Shown here in pieces: positions 49,493-59,952 of a stretch of DNA of 64,000 nt. This DNA comes from Cyanobacteriota bacterium (lineage in GTDB: Bacteria; Cyanobacteriota; Cyanobacteriia; PCC-6307; Cyanobiaceae). The stretch spans positions 128,001-192,000 of the forward strand of contig JBJOMY010000004.1 of the NCBI GenBank assembly GCA_046052125.1, given 5' to 3'. How positions within the stretch are numbered: position 1 is the first letter of the stretch; each line of letters opens with the position of its first letter. The translations under genes and the position numbers were made by a program. The notes under the pieces were generated by a model, which was given only the letters and a program-made list of their open reading frames with translations, was not told the DNA's origin and made no database searches.

Positions 49493-50452
49493 TTGCCTGA
49501 ACAGCACTCCACACCGCTGCAGCGTCGCGGCATCGCTCGCTTGATGCTGCCTGCGCTGATTGGTGCAGCCCTGGCTGTTGTGGTGCTCTTGCCCCAGCCG
49601 GCACTGGCTGCCAGTGGTGGGCGGATCGGCGGCGGCAGCTTCCGTTCCGCGCCGATGCCCCGCAGCTACAGCGGTGGTTATGGCGGCGGTGGTTACCAGC
49701 GGGGCTATGGCGGTGGGGGCATCGGCTTCCCGTTCATCGTTCCCTTCTTTTTCGGGGGCGGAGGCCTCTTCGGCTTCCTGGTGCTGATGGCGGTGGTGGG
49801 TTTGGTGCTGAACGCCTTCCGAGGCGGCGGTGGTGGTGCTCAGGCTCTGCCCGCTGGCATGCGCGGTGGTGATCTCGATGGGTACCGGCCGGATGGTCCG
49901 GTGGCGATCGCTCAGTTGCAGGTGGGCTTGCTGGCCTCTGCGCGCGAGCTGCAACGGGATCTGCGCAATCTGGCCTCCAGCTCCGACACCAGCACCAGCA
50001 GTGGCCTGCAGCGTGTGCTTCAGGACAGCACCTTGGCACTGCTGCGTCACCCCGATCTATGGGTCTACGCCAACGCTGAGTTGGGTCAGGTTCCTTTCCA
50101 GGCGGCCGAATCCACCTTCAATCGCCTCTCGATGACGGAGCGCAGCAAGCTCTCCGGCGAGATCACCACCAATGTGAGTGGCACGGTGGGTAGAGGCGGC
50201 AGCGGCAGCGCCGGCGATGCCGATGCCACCAGTGACTACATCGCGGTGACGCTTCTGGTGGCCAGCCGCAGCAGGATCGCTCTCAAGCCTGTGAATGGCA
50301 GCGAAGAGTTGCGCGAAGCCCTGCGGGTGATCGGCTCGGTGCCCTCCGATCAGCTGTTGGCTCTGGAGGTGATCTGGCAGCCCGAAGGTGCTGGCGAAGT
50401 GCTGAGCGCAGACGAGTTGATTACGGCCTATCCGGATCTCAAACACCTCTAA
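49493..50452 (+). CDS. DUF1517 family membrane protein
   Basis: ALAASGGRIGGGSFR, Gly/Tyr-rich tract, LQVGLLA, ERSK, YPDL; start uncertain. Confidence 0.85.
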   Translation: MPEQHSTPLQRRGIARLMLPALIGAALAVVVLLPQPALAASGGRIGGGSFRSAPMPRSYSGGYGGGGYQRGYGGGGIGFPFIVPFFFGGGGLFGFLVLMAVVGLVLNAFRGGGGGAQALPAGMRGGDLDGYRPDGPVAIAQLQVGLLASARELQRDLRNLASSSDTSTSSGLQRVLQDSTLALLRHPDLWVYANAELGQVPFQAAESTFNRLSMTERSKLSGEITTNVSGTVGRGGSGSAGDADATSDYIAVTLLVASRSRIALKPVNGSEELREALRVIGSVPSDQLLALEVIWQPEGAGEVLSADELITAYPDLKHL

Positions 50453-50662
50453 ATCGTCCTGGCGCAAGGGCTCTGCGGCGCATCAGCACCCCAAGTGAAT
50501 TGCTGCAGCACCTTTTGATTGTCTGCAGATTTGAGGAACTACAGAAACTCTTCCGCTGAAAAGATGTTGTAATCCGGTTCAGCGCACAGATCAATTTGTA
50601 GGTTGACAGTCCTTCACCCCGAGTGCGTGTCAGCCTCACATCGCCATTCAGAAACCCGTGCC

Positions 50663-50797
50663 ATGAAGTGGCAGGCCAATGGCGAATTGGCTGGCAGCGA
50701 TCTGCACGCCCTGCTCAACCGACTCCACCAGGTCGAAACCGAAGAGCGTGCTCAGGAGCTGCAGCAGTGCCTGGGCCGGCGCGCCGAGGAAGGCTGA
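50663..50797 (+). CDS. Small hypothetical protein (44 aa)
   Basis: MKWQANGELAGSDLHALLNRL...; ATG follows an AT-richer intergenic region. Confidence 0.5.
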   Translation: MKWQANGELAGSDLHALLNRLHQVETEERAQELQQCLGRRAEEG

Positions 50798-50893
50798 GCC
50801 GGCAAGCCTGAAGCTGATCTGCAAATCGGCCGTAGCCCGTTGCGGTGGCCCGGCGGCTTCAGCACACTGCGCACACCTGGAAGGCGCCGCCGG

Positions 50894-51049
50894 ATGAAGC
50901 GTTCGCTGCAATGGGTGAACAGCCCTGTGTTGCTCGAAGCGCTCGAGCGCTATGAGCAGCGGCGTCTGCCCCGCTCCATGCAGCTCTGGGTGGAAGCGGT
51001 GTTGGAACTCAAGGCTCCCGCTCAGGCGCCGTTGCGCCCCCATTGTTGA
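50894..51049 (+). CDS. Small hypothetical protein (51 aa)
   Basis: MKRSLQWVNSPVLLEALERYEQRRLPRSMQLWVEAVL; protein-like composition; its tail overlaps larB antisense. Confidence 0.5.
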   Translation: MKRSLQWVNSPVLLEALERYEQRRLPRSMQLWVEAVLELKAPAQAPLRPHC

Positions 51050-51719
51050 GAATCCGCAGGGCGGCCATGGCGGCTCCGTAGCCGTTGTCGATGTTCACCA
51101 CGCAAAGCCCTGGGGCGCAGCTGGCGAGCATCCCCTGCAGGGCTGCCTGGCCACCGGCGCTCACGCCATAACCCACGCTCACCGGCACGCCGATCACCGG
51201 CTGGGGCATCAGCCCGGCGAGCACCGTGGGCAGGGCCCCTTCCATGCCGGCGCAGGCGATCAGCACGCGGGCCTGTTGGAGCCGCTCCAGCTGCCCCAGT
51301 AACCGGTGCAATCCAGCAACGCCCACATCGAGCACCAGATTGCAGTGGATGCCGTGCCAGTGAAGGGCCAATTGGGCTTCGCTGGCCACGGGGAGATCGC
51401 TGGTGCCTCCGCTGAGCACCACCACTTCGCCGAGCTGAGGCTGGGGTGGTGCTGGAGGCCCGAAGCTCAGGCAGCGGGCTTCCTGGTGAAACCGCAACTC
51501 CGCCAGTTGGTTTGCCGCTGCCGGATCCGCCTGCAACAACTGCTCCACCCTTGCTGCTTTGGCTGCGTCGACGCGTGTGGCCAGGGCTAGCTCGCCGTGG
51601 AGCCGCAGCCGCAGCAGGATTGCGGCGATCTGCTCGGCGGTTTTGTGCTCGCCCCAGATCGCTTCCACCATCCCGATCCGCTGGCGCCGTTGCAGATCCA
51701 GGCGTGCTTCCTCGTTCAT
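51009..51719 (-). CDS. larB: LarB/CpmA-like (PurE-fold) protein
   Basis: RLDLQRRQRIG..EAIWGEHK, GTSDLPV, DVGVAGLHRL, AGMEGALP, VPVSVGYG, VVNIDNGYGAA. Confidence 0.9.
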   Translation of the reverse strand: MNEEARLDLQRRQRIGMVEAIWGEHKTAEQIAAILLRLRLHGELALATRVDAAKAARVEQLLQADPAAANQLAELRFHQEARCLSFGPPAPPQPQLGEVVVLSGGTSDLPVASEAQLALHWHGIHCNLVLDVGVAGLHRLLGQLERLQQARVLIACAGMEGALPTVLAGLMPQPVIGVPVSVGYGVSAGGQAALQGMLASCAPGLCVVNIDNGYGAAMAALRILNNGGATAPEREP

Positions 51720-52162
51720 GCCGCCGGTTGCAGTTCCCCTTCGAACACCAGCGGGAAGGGATTGCCTTGCCGGGTGCCTGTCGCCTCACGGGCCAGCTGT
51801 TCAAAGCGCTCCTGCACGGCCTCCACCTCCTCCAGTGGGATGGCCTTCCATTGATCGCGGCTTGCCCAGCGGATCAGCAGTGTCCCTTCCTCGCGCTCGG
51901 GGTCCCAGAGCAGATCGCGGCCCAGATAACCCGGCTGCTGTTTGAGCCAGGGATCCCAGCTGCCGCGCTCAGCTTCCAGCCAGGCCTGGCGTGCTTCGGC
52001 CGGCACCTTCACCCGAAGGTGCTCCACAACAGCCACCTCGAATGAGCCACCAGGGAGCTGCTGCTCGGCAATCGCCACATCGGGATGGCCAGCGATCAGC
52101 ATCAGCAGGCAGAGCACGAGAGCCGAAACGCTAGCCAGCGCCAGAGCCAGTGCTTGGTTCAC
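51716..52162 (-). CDS. TIGR03792-like cyanobacterial protein (ABM-like fold)
   Basis: [14 protein letters not shown]...W.PWL..QPGYLG; N-terminal hydrophobic segment. Confidence 0.7.
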   Translation of the reverse strand: MNQALALALASVSALVLCLLMLIAGHPDVAIAEQQLPGGSFEVAVVEHLRVKVPAEARQAWLEAERGSWDPWLKQQPGYLGRDLLWDPEREEGTLLIRWASRDQWKAIPLEEVEAVQERFEQLAREATGTRQGNPFPLVFEGELQPAA

Positions 52163-52644
52163 GGTTTTTGCAGCAGGGCCACCGCCTGGCAGGAGATGCC
52201 TTCTTCCCGTCCCTCGGGGCCCAGCTTTTCGTTGGTGGTGGCCTTCACACCCACCTGATCGGGTTCCAGGCCCATGCGCTCAGCAATGGCCGCTCGCATC
52301 GCTTCGATGTGGGGTTTGAGCTTGGGGCGCTCAGCGATCACCACCGAATCCACATTGATCACGCTCCATCCCCGCTCCACGATCAGGGCCACCACCTGCT
52401 CCAGCAGCACCAGGCTGTCGGCCCCTTTCCACTTCGGGTCGTCGGGGGGAAAGTATTTGCCGATGTCGCCCAGCGAGAGGGCGCCGAGCAGGGCGTCCAT
52501 GATCGCGTGCACCAGCACATCGGCATCGCTGTGGCCATCGAGGCCGAGGCCGGCGGGATGCTGGAGGGTTTGGCCTCCCAGGATCAGCGGCCGGCCTGGC
52601 ACCAGGCGATGGATGTCGTAGCCGTTGCCGATGCGCAGCTGCAT
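52159..52644 (-). CDS. ispF: 2-C-methyl-D-erythritol 2,4-cyclodiphosphate synthase
   Basis: [29 protein letters not shown]. Confidence 0.97.
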   Translation of the reverse strand: MQLRIGNGYDIHRLVPGRPLILGGQTLQHPAGLGLDGHSDADVLVHAIMDALLGALSLGDIGKYFPPDDPKWKGADSLVLLEQVVALIVERGWSVINVDSVVIAERPKLKPHIEAMRAAIAERMGLEPDQVGVKATTNEKLGPEGREEGISCQAVALLQKP

Positions 52645-52691
52645 GGGGAAAACCAGCACCAGCGCTGACCCTATCGCTGCAGTGCCTTGGT

Positions 52692-53390
52692 TTATTGCTG
52701 TTGCTGTTGTGCCTGCCAGCGTTCGAACAGGTCTGGCCGGCGCTCGCTGGTGCGCTGCTGCTGCTGTTGGGCGCGCCAGCGGGCGATGGCGCCGTGATCG
52801 CCCCTGCGCAACACCTCGGGCACGCTCATGCCACGGAAATCCGCTGGGCGGGTGTAGTGGGGATGCTCGAGAAGCAGAGCGCTGTGGCTCTCCTCCTCCA
52901 GGCAGGCTTCCGTGCCCACCGTGCCGGGGAGCAGCCGCACCACACCGTTGATGATTGTCATCGCCGGCAGTTCACCGCCGGTGAGGACGAAATCACCGAT
53001 CGACACCTCCTCGTCGGCGAGGGCGCGGATGCGTTCATCGAAGCCTTCGTAGTGGCCGCACAGGAACAGCAGTTGCTCGTACTCGGTGGCCCAGCGGCGT
53101 AGATCGGCTTGCTGCAGGGGTTTGCCCTGGGGACTCATCAACAGGACCCGTCGCCGCGGCAGCACCGGGATCGCTTCAACGGCGGAATACACCGGCTCGG
53201 GTTTGAGCACCATGCCGGCACCACCGCCGTAGGGCTCGTCATCCACCTTGCGGTAGCGATCGGTGGCGAAGTCGCGCGGGTTGTGCACGTGCAGCTCAGC
53301 CCGCCCCGCGGCGAAGGCGCGACCGATCACCCCAAGGCCCTGCAGCGGCGCGAACGCCTCCGGGGCCAGGCTCACCACATCGAGGCGCAT
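52692..53390 (-). CDS. trmD: tRNA (guanine37-N1)-methyltransferase
   Basis: [33 protein letters not shown]. Confidence 0.97.
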   Translation of the reverse strand: MRLDVVSLAPEAFAPLQGLGVIGRAFAAGRAELHVHNPRDFATDRYRKVDDEPYGGGAGMVLKPEPVYSAVEAIPVLPRRRVLLMSPQGKPLQQADLRRWATEYEQLLFLCGHYEGFDERIRALADEEVSIGDFVLTGGELPAMTIINGVVRLLPGTVGTEACLEEESHSALLLEHPHYTRPADFRGMSVPEVLRRGDHGAIARWRAQQQQQRTSERRPDLFERWQAQQQQQ

Positions 53391-53394
53391 GGGT

Positions 53395-53868
53395 TCAGGC
53401 GGCAGCGGCCGGCTTGCTGACGCGGCGGATCTCCGAGCTGAAGCTCGCCCGGCCCGGTGTGCCGTCGGCGGGTTGCTCGATGGTGGAGCGCAGGCGCAAG
53501 TTGGGTTTGTTGAACCAGATCCGCTCGCGTAACTCCGCTCCGTTCTGCTGGCTCACCAGCTCAAGGCTGCCATCGGGCCAGAGGGTCCAGTGGCCTTGCT
53601 GCTCCCCCGCGCTGAAGCTGCCATCCGCGTTGAACAGCAGCTGCCGCGGCGCTTGATCCTTGGGCCCCACGCTCAAACCGCCGGGACTGCCCTCCAAGTA
53701 GCGCACCACCAGCTCGCCCCGCTCGCTGCTGTGCCATTCATCGCCTTCGCCGGCGTCAGCCTCCGAACCAAGCACAAAGCGGGAGCGCAGGCTCATCCAC
53801 TCGCCTTCACAGAAGCGCAGGAAGGCCTCGATCGTGGCGGGTGGGAAGGGGGCGGCGGGATCGCTCAT
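53395..53868 (-). CDS. CpcS/CpeS-family phycobiliprotein lyase-like protein
   Basis: GEWMSLRS, ERIWF..PNLRLRS, ASFSSEIRR. Confidence 0.8.
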   Translation of the reverse strand: MSDPAAPFPPATIEAFLRFCEGEWMSLRSRFVLGSEADAGEGDEWHSSERGELVVRYLEGSPGGLSVGPKDQAPRQLLFNADGSFSAGEQQGHWTLWPDGSLELVSQQNGAELRERIWFNKPNLRLRSTIEQPADGTPGRASFSSEIRRVSKPAAAA

Positions 53869-53891
53869 CGGGTGATTCTCTCAGCTGCCCC

Positions 53892-54884
53892 TCAGCTATC
53901 GCCCCGGTAACCGAGTTCAGCCAGGCGTGAGGCGCTGCGGCGCCAGTTCGGCACCACCTTCACGAACAGCTCCAGATACACCGGCCCATTGATCAGCTTC
54001 TGCATCTGCTGCCGCGCACCACTGCCGATGTCCCGCAACATGCGCCCACCCTTACCGATGAGGATGCCTTTCTGGCTGTTGCGCTCCACCAGCACGGTGG
54101 CCAGAACGGCCGTGCGAGGACCGTCATCGACAATCCGCTCGATCTGCACAGCCACCGAGTGGGGCACCTCCTCACGCGTGTGCTGCAGCACCTGCTCGCG
54201 GATCAGCTCCGCCAGCAGCAATTGCTCCGGCTGGTCGCTCACTGCATCCGGTGGATAGAGGTGCGGCCCCTCCGGTAGGACGGCCGAGAGGGCATTCACC
54301 AGGCCGCTGGTGCCGTCGCCGGTGAGGGCGCTCACCGGATGCAAAGGCCAGTTCGGCACCAGCTCGCGGTAACTGGCCTCCAGCTCGGCGGCCTGGTCGG
54401 GGTCGACGAGGTCGTGCTTGTTGAGCGCCACATGCACGGGCGCTTTGGCATGGGCCAGCAGCTCCACGATGAAGCCGTCGCCGCGCCCCGCCGGTTGGCT
54501 GCCATCCACGAGCAGCAACACCAGATCCACCTCGCCAATGGCACCGCGCGCGCTCTGCACCAACCGTTCGCCGAGCAGGTGGTGCGGTTTATGAATGCCC
54601 GGGGTGTCCACCAGCACCAGCTGGGCTTCCGGGGTGGTGAGGATCGCCCGCAGGCGGTTCCGGGTGGTTTGGGCGATGGGGGAGGTGATCGCCACCTTCT
54701 CGCCCACCAATTGGTTCAACAGGGTCGACTTGCCCACATTCGGCCGGCCCACCAGGGCGACAAAGCCTGAGCGGAACCCCTCTGGGCTCTGCCCCAGCTG
54801 AAAGCCGCCCGCCATGGCTTCCGCCGGCAGCTCGCTGAGATCCGGAAACGGCGGCAGCGGGTCGGTGGGGGGGCTTGGCTCCAT
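53892..54884 (-). CDS. era: GTPase Era
   Basis: GRPNVGKS, QTTR, DTPG, NKHD, KH domain ILIGKGG. Confidence 0.96.
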   Translation of the reverse strand: MEPSPPTDPLPPFPDLSELPAEAMAGGFQLGQSPEGFRSGFVALVGRPNVGKSTLLNQLVGEKVAITSPIAQTTRNRLRAILTTPEAQLVLVDTPGIHKPHHLLGERLVQSARGAIGEVDLVLLLVDGSQPAGRGDGFIVELLAHAKAPVHVALNKHDLVDPDQAAELEASYRELVPNWPLHPVSALTGDGTSGLVNALSAVLPEGPHLYPPDAVSDQPEQLLLAELIREQVLQHTREEVPHSVAVQIERIVDDGPRTAVLATVLVERNSQKGILIGKGGRMLRDIGSGARQQMQKLINGPVYLELFVKVVPNWRRSASRLAELGYRGDS

Positions 54885-54916
54885 AACCTCACCATGGCAG
54901 CCCGCCGATCTCGCTG

Positions 54917-55444
54917 ATGACCGACGCCCCCTCCCTCCAGCCCACCTTCCAGCAGGCCATGGAGATCACGGCCCAATGGCTGGCGCTGTGGGAGAACGGT
55001 GAACTGAGCGATGAGGTGCTCAGCGATCGTGTGGCTGAGATGGTCGCCAGCCGCGATGGCGCCCGAGGCTTTTTTGTGGTGTCTCTGGCGGGGGATTGCC
55101 CGTTGATGGATCGCCTGCCCGAGCCGGTGGTGCTGTCGCTGCGTCAAGCCGGGGCGGGGGTTGTGGATCTGAGCGTCCGCAACTTGGCGATGAGCACGGC
55201 GATGGCGCTTCACCATCAGCGCAGCGGCGATGCGGGCCAGCAGGCCGGTTCGGAGCGGGTGCAGCTGCGCTGCACAGAACTGCTTCGCCTGCTGGAGCCC
55301 AGTGCGGTGAAGGATCGGCTGGAAACCCTGCTGGAAGCCACCGCTGGCCGCGGCGAGGACGTGGCCTTTCTCGATCGCTGGGGATACGACGCCGAGCAGA
55401 AGGCCGCGATCGCTGATGCGGTGGAAGCGGTGGCTGAAGCCTGA
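54917..55444 (+). CDS. Conserved hypothetical protein
   Basis: 175-aa ORF with GARGFFV, NLAMSTAM, FLDRWGYD. Confidence 0.75.
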   Translation: MTDAPSLQPTFQQAMEITAQWLALWENGELSDEVLSDRVAEMVASRDGARGFFVVSLAGDCPLMDRLPEPVVLSLRQAGAGVVDLSVRNLAMSTAMALHHQRSGDAGQQAGSERVQLRCTELLRLLEPSAVKDRLETLLEATAGRGEDVAFLDRWGYDAEQKAAIADAVEAVAEA

Positions 55445-55478
55445 CTCCTCAGGTTGTTTGGGCAATCGGCTGCCCATG

Positions 55479-55502
55479 AAAAAAGCACCCTTGCGGGTGC
55501 TT
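55479..55502 (-). terminator. Intrinsic terminator downstream of the Bax inhibitor-1 gene
   Basis: AAGCACCC-TTGC-GGGTGCTT stem with an A-run on the + strand. Confidence 0.8.
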
Positions 55503-55545
55503 GAGGAGATCCCCATCGAAACAGGGAGCTGGTCTGAAGGAGTGA

Positions 55546-56280
55546 TCAGTCGCGACGGCCGCCGCCGTTGAGAGCAATCACCAGCCGCAGGATGAAGATG
55601 AACAGGTTGATGTAGGTGAGATACATGCCCAGAGCGCCGGCCAGGTACTGGTCGTCGCTGTAGGTGCGGGGCATCGTGTAGAAGTCCACGAAGGCGGCAC
55701 CCACGAAGATCACGGTGCCAAAGCCGGCGATCATCAGCTCGAAGCCGCCGCCGCCGAAGCCGGGAACGAAGATCCCGCCGATCACCTGCACAAGCATGGC
55801 GATGATCAGGCCAAGGATGCCGAGGCCCACCACACCACTGAGGGCTTGGCCAAGGTTGTCGCTCATGCGGCGACCCATCACCGAAGCCGCCACAAAGGTG
55901 ATGCCGGTGGCCAGGGCTGCCGTGCCGATGGCGCCGATGCCTGCGGTGCCGATGGCCATCGCCACCAGGCCGCTCAGGGTGTAACCGGTGATCAGGCTGT
56001 AGGCGGCCAGCAGCGGTAGTGCCGTGCTGTTGTTGCCCTTCATCGCCACGTTTTGGGCGACGAAGAAGAGCACGAAGTTGCCGATCAGGGCCACCCAGAA
56101 CAGCGGCATGAACAGGCTGGGATTGCTGGCCATCAGGGCCAGGCCACCCATCACACCACCGGCGGTGAGCACCATGCCGCCGCCCACGTAGGGCAGGGCC
56201 TTGTTGACCACATTGGGGCCCACCAGGGCGCTGGATTGCGCCTCGCGGATGGCCTCCTGGAAATTGCTGCTGGCCGGCAT
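55546..56280 (-). CDS. Bax inhibitor-1/YccA family membrane protein
   Basis: About seven TM segments; ALGMYLTYINLFIFILRL C-terminus. Confidence 0.88.
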   Translation of the reverse strand: MPASSNFQEAIREAQSSALVGPNVVNKALPYVGGGMVLTAGGVMGGLALMASNPSLFMPLFWVALIGNFVLFFVAQNVAMKGNNSTALPLLAAYSLITGYTLSGLVAMAIGTAGIGAIGTAALATGITFVAASVMGRRMSDNLGQALSGVVGLGILGLIIAMLVQVIGGIFVPGFGGGGFELMIAGFGTVIFVGAAFVDFYTMPRTYSDDQYLAGALGMYLTYINLFIFILRLVIALNGGGRRD

Positions 56281-56353
56281 GGCACAGGGGGAAGACTCCA
56301 CTCATCCTGCCAGCGCTGTCCAGGTTGCGCGGCGCGGCTTGGTGTGGATCCCC

Positions 56354-56887
56354 CTATCGCTGGTCGCTGAAGCTGTCCCTGCCGCTGTGGGGCCAGAGCA
56401 GCACCACCAGTACGGCCACGGCTGTGCCGATGCACGATTCGGCAAAGCGCAGCATTGCGTTTAGACCAGGACTTAATGCTGGATCCAGGCTGGCCGTCAC
56501 CATCACAACGATCACGGTGATGGCGGCCAGTCGGCCATGGCTGGGCACAGTCAAAGCCGTGCAGATCACGCCCGTGGCAAAGATCGCCACGGCCATGCCG
56601 ATCGGATGAAACGGCAGAACCGTGAGGTAGAGCGCGCTGGTGAAGGCGCCGATGGCTGTGCCGAGCACCCGCAACGAGGCTGAGCTGGTGGTGTCTTTGC
56701 GGGTGAGTTGGGTGACCACAACCGCTGAGATGGCTGACCAGAGGCCGCCGATCTTGGGGAGATATCCGGGGAACAGGCTCGTGAAGCTGAAGCCAATCCA
56801 GTAGGCCAGTAGACCTGCCAGAGCGATCTGCGCTGGGATGAGCAGCAGCTCTCCACGCTGATGCCGGCTGAAGACAGGCTGCTTCAC
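56354..56887 (-). CDS. FUSC/aromatic acid exporter family membrane protein
   Basis: WSAISAVVV, RVLGTAIGA, RFAESCIG; GTGA overlap with the phoH stop. Confidence 0.8.
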   Translation of the reverse strand: MKQPVFSRHQRGELLLIPAQIALAGLLAYWIGFSFTSLFPGYLPKIGGLWSAISAVVVTQLTRKDTTSSASLRVLGTAIGAFTSALYLTVLPFHPIGMAVAIFATGVICTALTVPSHGRLAAITVIVVMVTASLDPALSPGLNAMLRFAESCIGTAVAVLVVLLWPHSGRDSFSDQR

Positions 56888-57870
56888 GACTGCCTGCCTC
56901 TCGCGCTGTCGCGCGTTGCATAGGCATTCACGAGCCGCTGCACCAGCGGGTGGCGGACCACATCGGCAGCGGTGAGCCGGCAGATCGCTACGCCTTCCAC
57001 CCCCTCCAGCACCTGCGCGGCTTCGATCAGCCCGCTGAGTTGGTTGGCAGGCAGGTCGATCTGGGTGGGGTCGCCCGTCACGACCATGCGGGAGCCTTCG
57101 CCGAGGCGGGTGAGCACCATGCGCATTTGCGCGGGGGTGGTGTTCTGCGCCTCATCGAGGATCACAAAGGCATCGGCCAGGGTGCGGCCGCGCATGTAGG
57201 CCAGAGGCGCCACCTCGATCACGTTTTTTTCGATCAGGGCGGCGGTGCGTTCCTGGCCCAGCAGCGTGTGGAGGGCGTCGTAGAGGGGCCGCAAGTAGGG
57301 ATCCACCTTCTGCTGCAGATCTCCGGGCAGAAAGCCGAGGCGCTCGCCGGCTTCCACGGCCGGACGGGTGAGGATCAAGCGCTCGACCCGCCGCTCCTGC
57401 AACGCGCGCACGGCTTGCACGGCAGCAAGGAAGGTTTTGCCCGTGCCAGCGGGGCCTAGGGCCAGGGTGAGGTCGTGGCGCTCAATCGCTTCCACATAGG
57501 CCTTTTGCTTGAGGGTGCGCGGGCGCAGCAGTTTGCCGCTCTGACTGCGAGCCAGCACCTGTTTACCCAGCTGTTGGTGCTCCTCGCCCCGGCCTGTGTC
57601 GAGCGCGGTGAGGGCCGTCTGCACATCCACCTGGGTGATGGCCTGGCCCTCCTGCCAGAGGGGGCGCAGCAGTTCCACCAGTCCTGCGGCCCGCTCCAGT
57701 TGGTTGGGGCGCCCGCGCAGCTGCAATGACAAACCCCGCAGCACCAACGAAGCACCAGTCAGGGCTTCCAGGCGATGCAGGGTGGATTCCGCCTCCCCTG
57801 CCAGCGCCATGGCGGCGTCCTGGTCGGGGAGGTCGATACTGAACGACGTGAGGGTGTCAGCCCCGGACAT
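56884..57870 (-). CDS. phoH: PhoH family ATPase
   Basis: GPAGTGKT, RPAVEAGE.LGFLPGD, YMRGRT, LDEAQN. Confidence 0.93.
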   Translation of the reverse strand: MSGADTLTSFSIDLPDQDAAMALAGEAESTLHRLEALTGASLVLRGLSLQLRGRPNQLERAAGLVELLRPLWQEGQAITQVDVQTALTALDTGRGEEHQQLGKQVLARSQSGKLLRPRTLKQKAYVEAIERHDLTLALGPAGTGKTFLAAVQAVRALQERRVERLILTRPAVEAGERLGFLPGDLQQKVDPYLRPLYDALHTLLGQERTAALIEKNVIEVAPLAYMRGRTLADAFVILDEAQNTTPAQMRMVLTRLGEGSRMVVTGDPTQIDLPANQLSGLIEAAQVLEGVEGVAICRLTAADVVRHPLVQRLVNAYATRDSARGRQS

Positions 57871-57881
57871 GGGGCGCAGCC

Positions 57882-58292
57882 TCAGGCTTCAGCGGCTTCT
57901 TCAGCGGGGGCTTCAGCAGCAGCAGCGGCTGCTTCTGCGGCGGCAGCGGCTTCGGCTGCCTTGGCTTCTGCAGCTTCCTTAGCGGCTTGCTTGGCAGCGG
58001 CTTCACGAGCGGCAGCCTGTTTCTTCTGGCCCACCACAACGGAGGGACGCACCTTCTTCTCCACCAGACCACCGCGCTCCAGCAGGGTCAGCACGCTGTC
58101 GGTGGGCTGTGCGCCCTGAGCCAGACGAGCGCGGATCGCTTCGGTGTCGAGACGGGTCTCTTTGGTGCGGGGGTTGTAGAAGCCCAGCTCCTCGAGGGGG
58201 CGACCGTCGCGGCGCGAGGTGCTGTTGCAGGCCACCAGGCGGAAGCTCGCTTCCCGCTTCTTACCGAACCGCTTCAGGCGGAGCTTGATCAT
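57882..58292 (-). CDS. rpsP: 30S ribosomal protein S16 with Ala/Glu-rich tail
   Basis: [27 protein letters not shown]. Confidence 0.97.
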   Translation of the reverse strand: MIKLRLKRFGKKREASFRLVACNSTSRRDGRPLEELGFYNPRTKETRLDTEAIRARLAQGAQPTDSVLTLLERGGLVEKKVRPSVVVGQKKQAAAREAAAKQAAKEAAEAKAAEAAAAAEAAAAAAEAPAEEAAEA

Positions 58293-58390
58293 TGTGGCCT
58301 TGCCTTGCTGACTGGATAAAGGGTGCGAGATCCGTGTTGAAGCGGAATCAAGCGCCAAACGACCACAATACTCTCCGGGGTGAACCCCCA

Positions 58391-59863
58391 CTAGAGCTCG
58401 CCGAACCCCTTGCGCTTCTTGGCGGGCTTCGGCGCTTTGGGCATGCCACCGCCGCCACGCCCGGGCATGCCACCGCCCATGCCACCCATGCCGGGCATCC
58501 CAGGGAACCCACCCATACCGGGGAAGCCGCCGCCCATGCCCGGCATTCCGGGCATGCCGCCGCCGCGGGTCATCTGCTGCATGAAGCCGCGCATCTGCTG
58601 GAAGTTCTGCAGCACCTTGTCCACATCCGCCGGGGTGTGGCCGCTGCCGCTGGCGATGCGGCGACGGCGGGAGGGATTGGCGGCCAGCAGGTCGGGATCG
58701 CTGCGCTCCGCCTCGGTCATCGAGCCGATCATCGCTTCGATCTTCTTGAGCTGCTCTTCGCCCTGCTTGAGCATGCCGTCGTCGATCTTGTTCATCCCCG
58801 GGATCATTTTCATCAGACCGCCCAGGGAGCCCATGCGCTTGATCAGGCGCATCTGCTTGACGAAGTCCGAGAAGTCGAAGGTGGCTTCCTGGAGCTTCTG
58901 CTGCATCTTGGCCACATCGGCCAGCTCCACCTCCTTCTGGGCTTTCTCCACCAGGGTGAGCACATCACCCATGCCGAGGATGCGGCTGGCCATCCGCTCG
59001 GGGTGGAACGGCTGCAGCGCCTCCACCTTCTCGCCGGTGCCGATGAACTTGATCGGCGCGCCGCTCACCTTGCGGATCGAGAGGGCGGCGCCACCGCGGG
59101 AGTCGCCGTCGAGCTTGGTGAGCACGGCACCGGTGATGCCCACCTGCTCATGGAAGGCGCGGGTGAGCTCGGCCGCTTCCTGGCCGATCATCGAATCCAC
59201 CACCAGCAGCACCTCATCGGGGCTGCAGGCCTCGCGGATCCGCACCATCTCCTCCATCATCGATTGATCGATCTGGAGGCGACCGGCGGTGTCCACCAAC
59301 ACCGTGTCGAAGCCCTCGGCTCTGGCCTTCTCGATGCCGGCGGCGGCGATGGCTTCGGGCTTGGCTTCGGTGCCGAGGCTGAACACCTCCACGCCGATCT
59401 GGCCGCCGAGGGTCTTGAGCTGATCGATCGCTGCCGGGCGATACACGTCGGCTCCCACCAGCAGGGCCTTGCGGCCCTGCTCTTTGAGGTGGAGGCCGAG
59501 CTTGGCGGTGGCGGTGGTTTTACCGGCGCCCTGCAGGCCGGCCATCAGCACCACGGAGGGTTCGCCCGGTTTGCCGCCAGCCGCCAGGGGCGCGTTCTCG
59601 CCGCCCATGGTGTCCACGAGCTGCTCGTGCACCACCTGGATGAATTTCTGGTCCGGGCTGATGCCGCGCACCACCTCGGTGCCGAGGGCCTTCTTGCGGA
59701 CTTCGTCCACAAAGTCCTTCACCACCGGCAGGCTCACGTCGGCCTCCAGCAGGGCCCGACGCACTTCCTTCAGGGCGCCGTCGACGTTGCTTTCGCTGAT
59801 TGAGCCCTGGCCGCGCAGGTTCTTGACGGCGTCTTCAAACCGCTGGGAAAGCTCGTCAAACAT
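58391..59863 (-). CDS. ffh: Signal recognition particle protein
   Basis: [19 protein letters not shown] domain, GMPG-rich tail. Confidence 0.98.
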   Translation of the reverse strand: MFDELSQRFEDAVKNLRGQGSISESNVDGALKEVRRALLEADVSLPVVKDFVDEVRKKALGTEVVRGISPDQKFIQVVHEQLVDTMGGENAPLAAGGKPGEPSVVLMAGLQGAGKTTATAKLGLHLKEQGRKALLVGADVYRPAAIDQLKTLGGQIGVEVFSLGTEAKPEAIAAAGIEKARAEGFDTVLVDTAGRLQIDQSMMEEMVRIREACSPDEVLLVVDSMIGQEAAELTRAFHEQVGITGAVLTKLDGDSRGGAALSIRKVSGAPIKFIGTGEKVEALQPFHPERMASRILGMGDVLTLVEKAQKEVELADVAKMQQKLQEATFDFSDFVKQMRLIKRMGSLGGLMKMIPGMNKIDDGMLKQGEEQLKKIEAMIGSMTEAERSDPDLLAANPSRRRRIASGSGHTPADVDKVLQNFQQMRGFMQQMTRGGGMPGMPGMGGGFPGMGGFPGMPGMGGMGGGMPGRGGGGMPKAPKPAKKRKGFGEL

Positions 59864-59952
59864 CAGAAATGGAGGCGGCTGGGGGCTGGCGGCAGCAGCC
59901 GCAATTGCCGCGATCGTAAAAAGTCGCCAGCGTCAGCTTGATTTGGGAGCCG

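Noticed and set aside
57882..58570. Low-complexity repeats in the rpsP tail (Ala/Glu) and ffh tail (GMPG), and the pdhC Ala/Pro linker at about 21740-21870
   Set aside because: These are ordinary coding low-complexity regions of these proteins.
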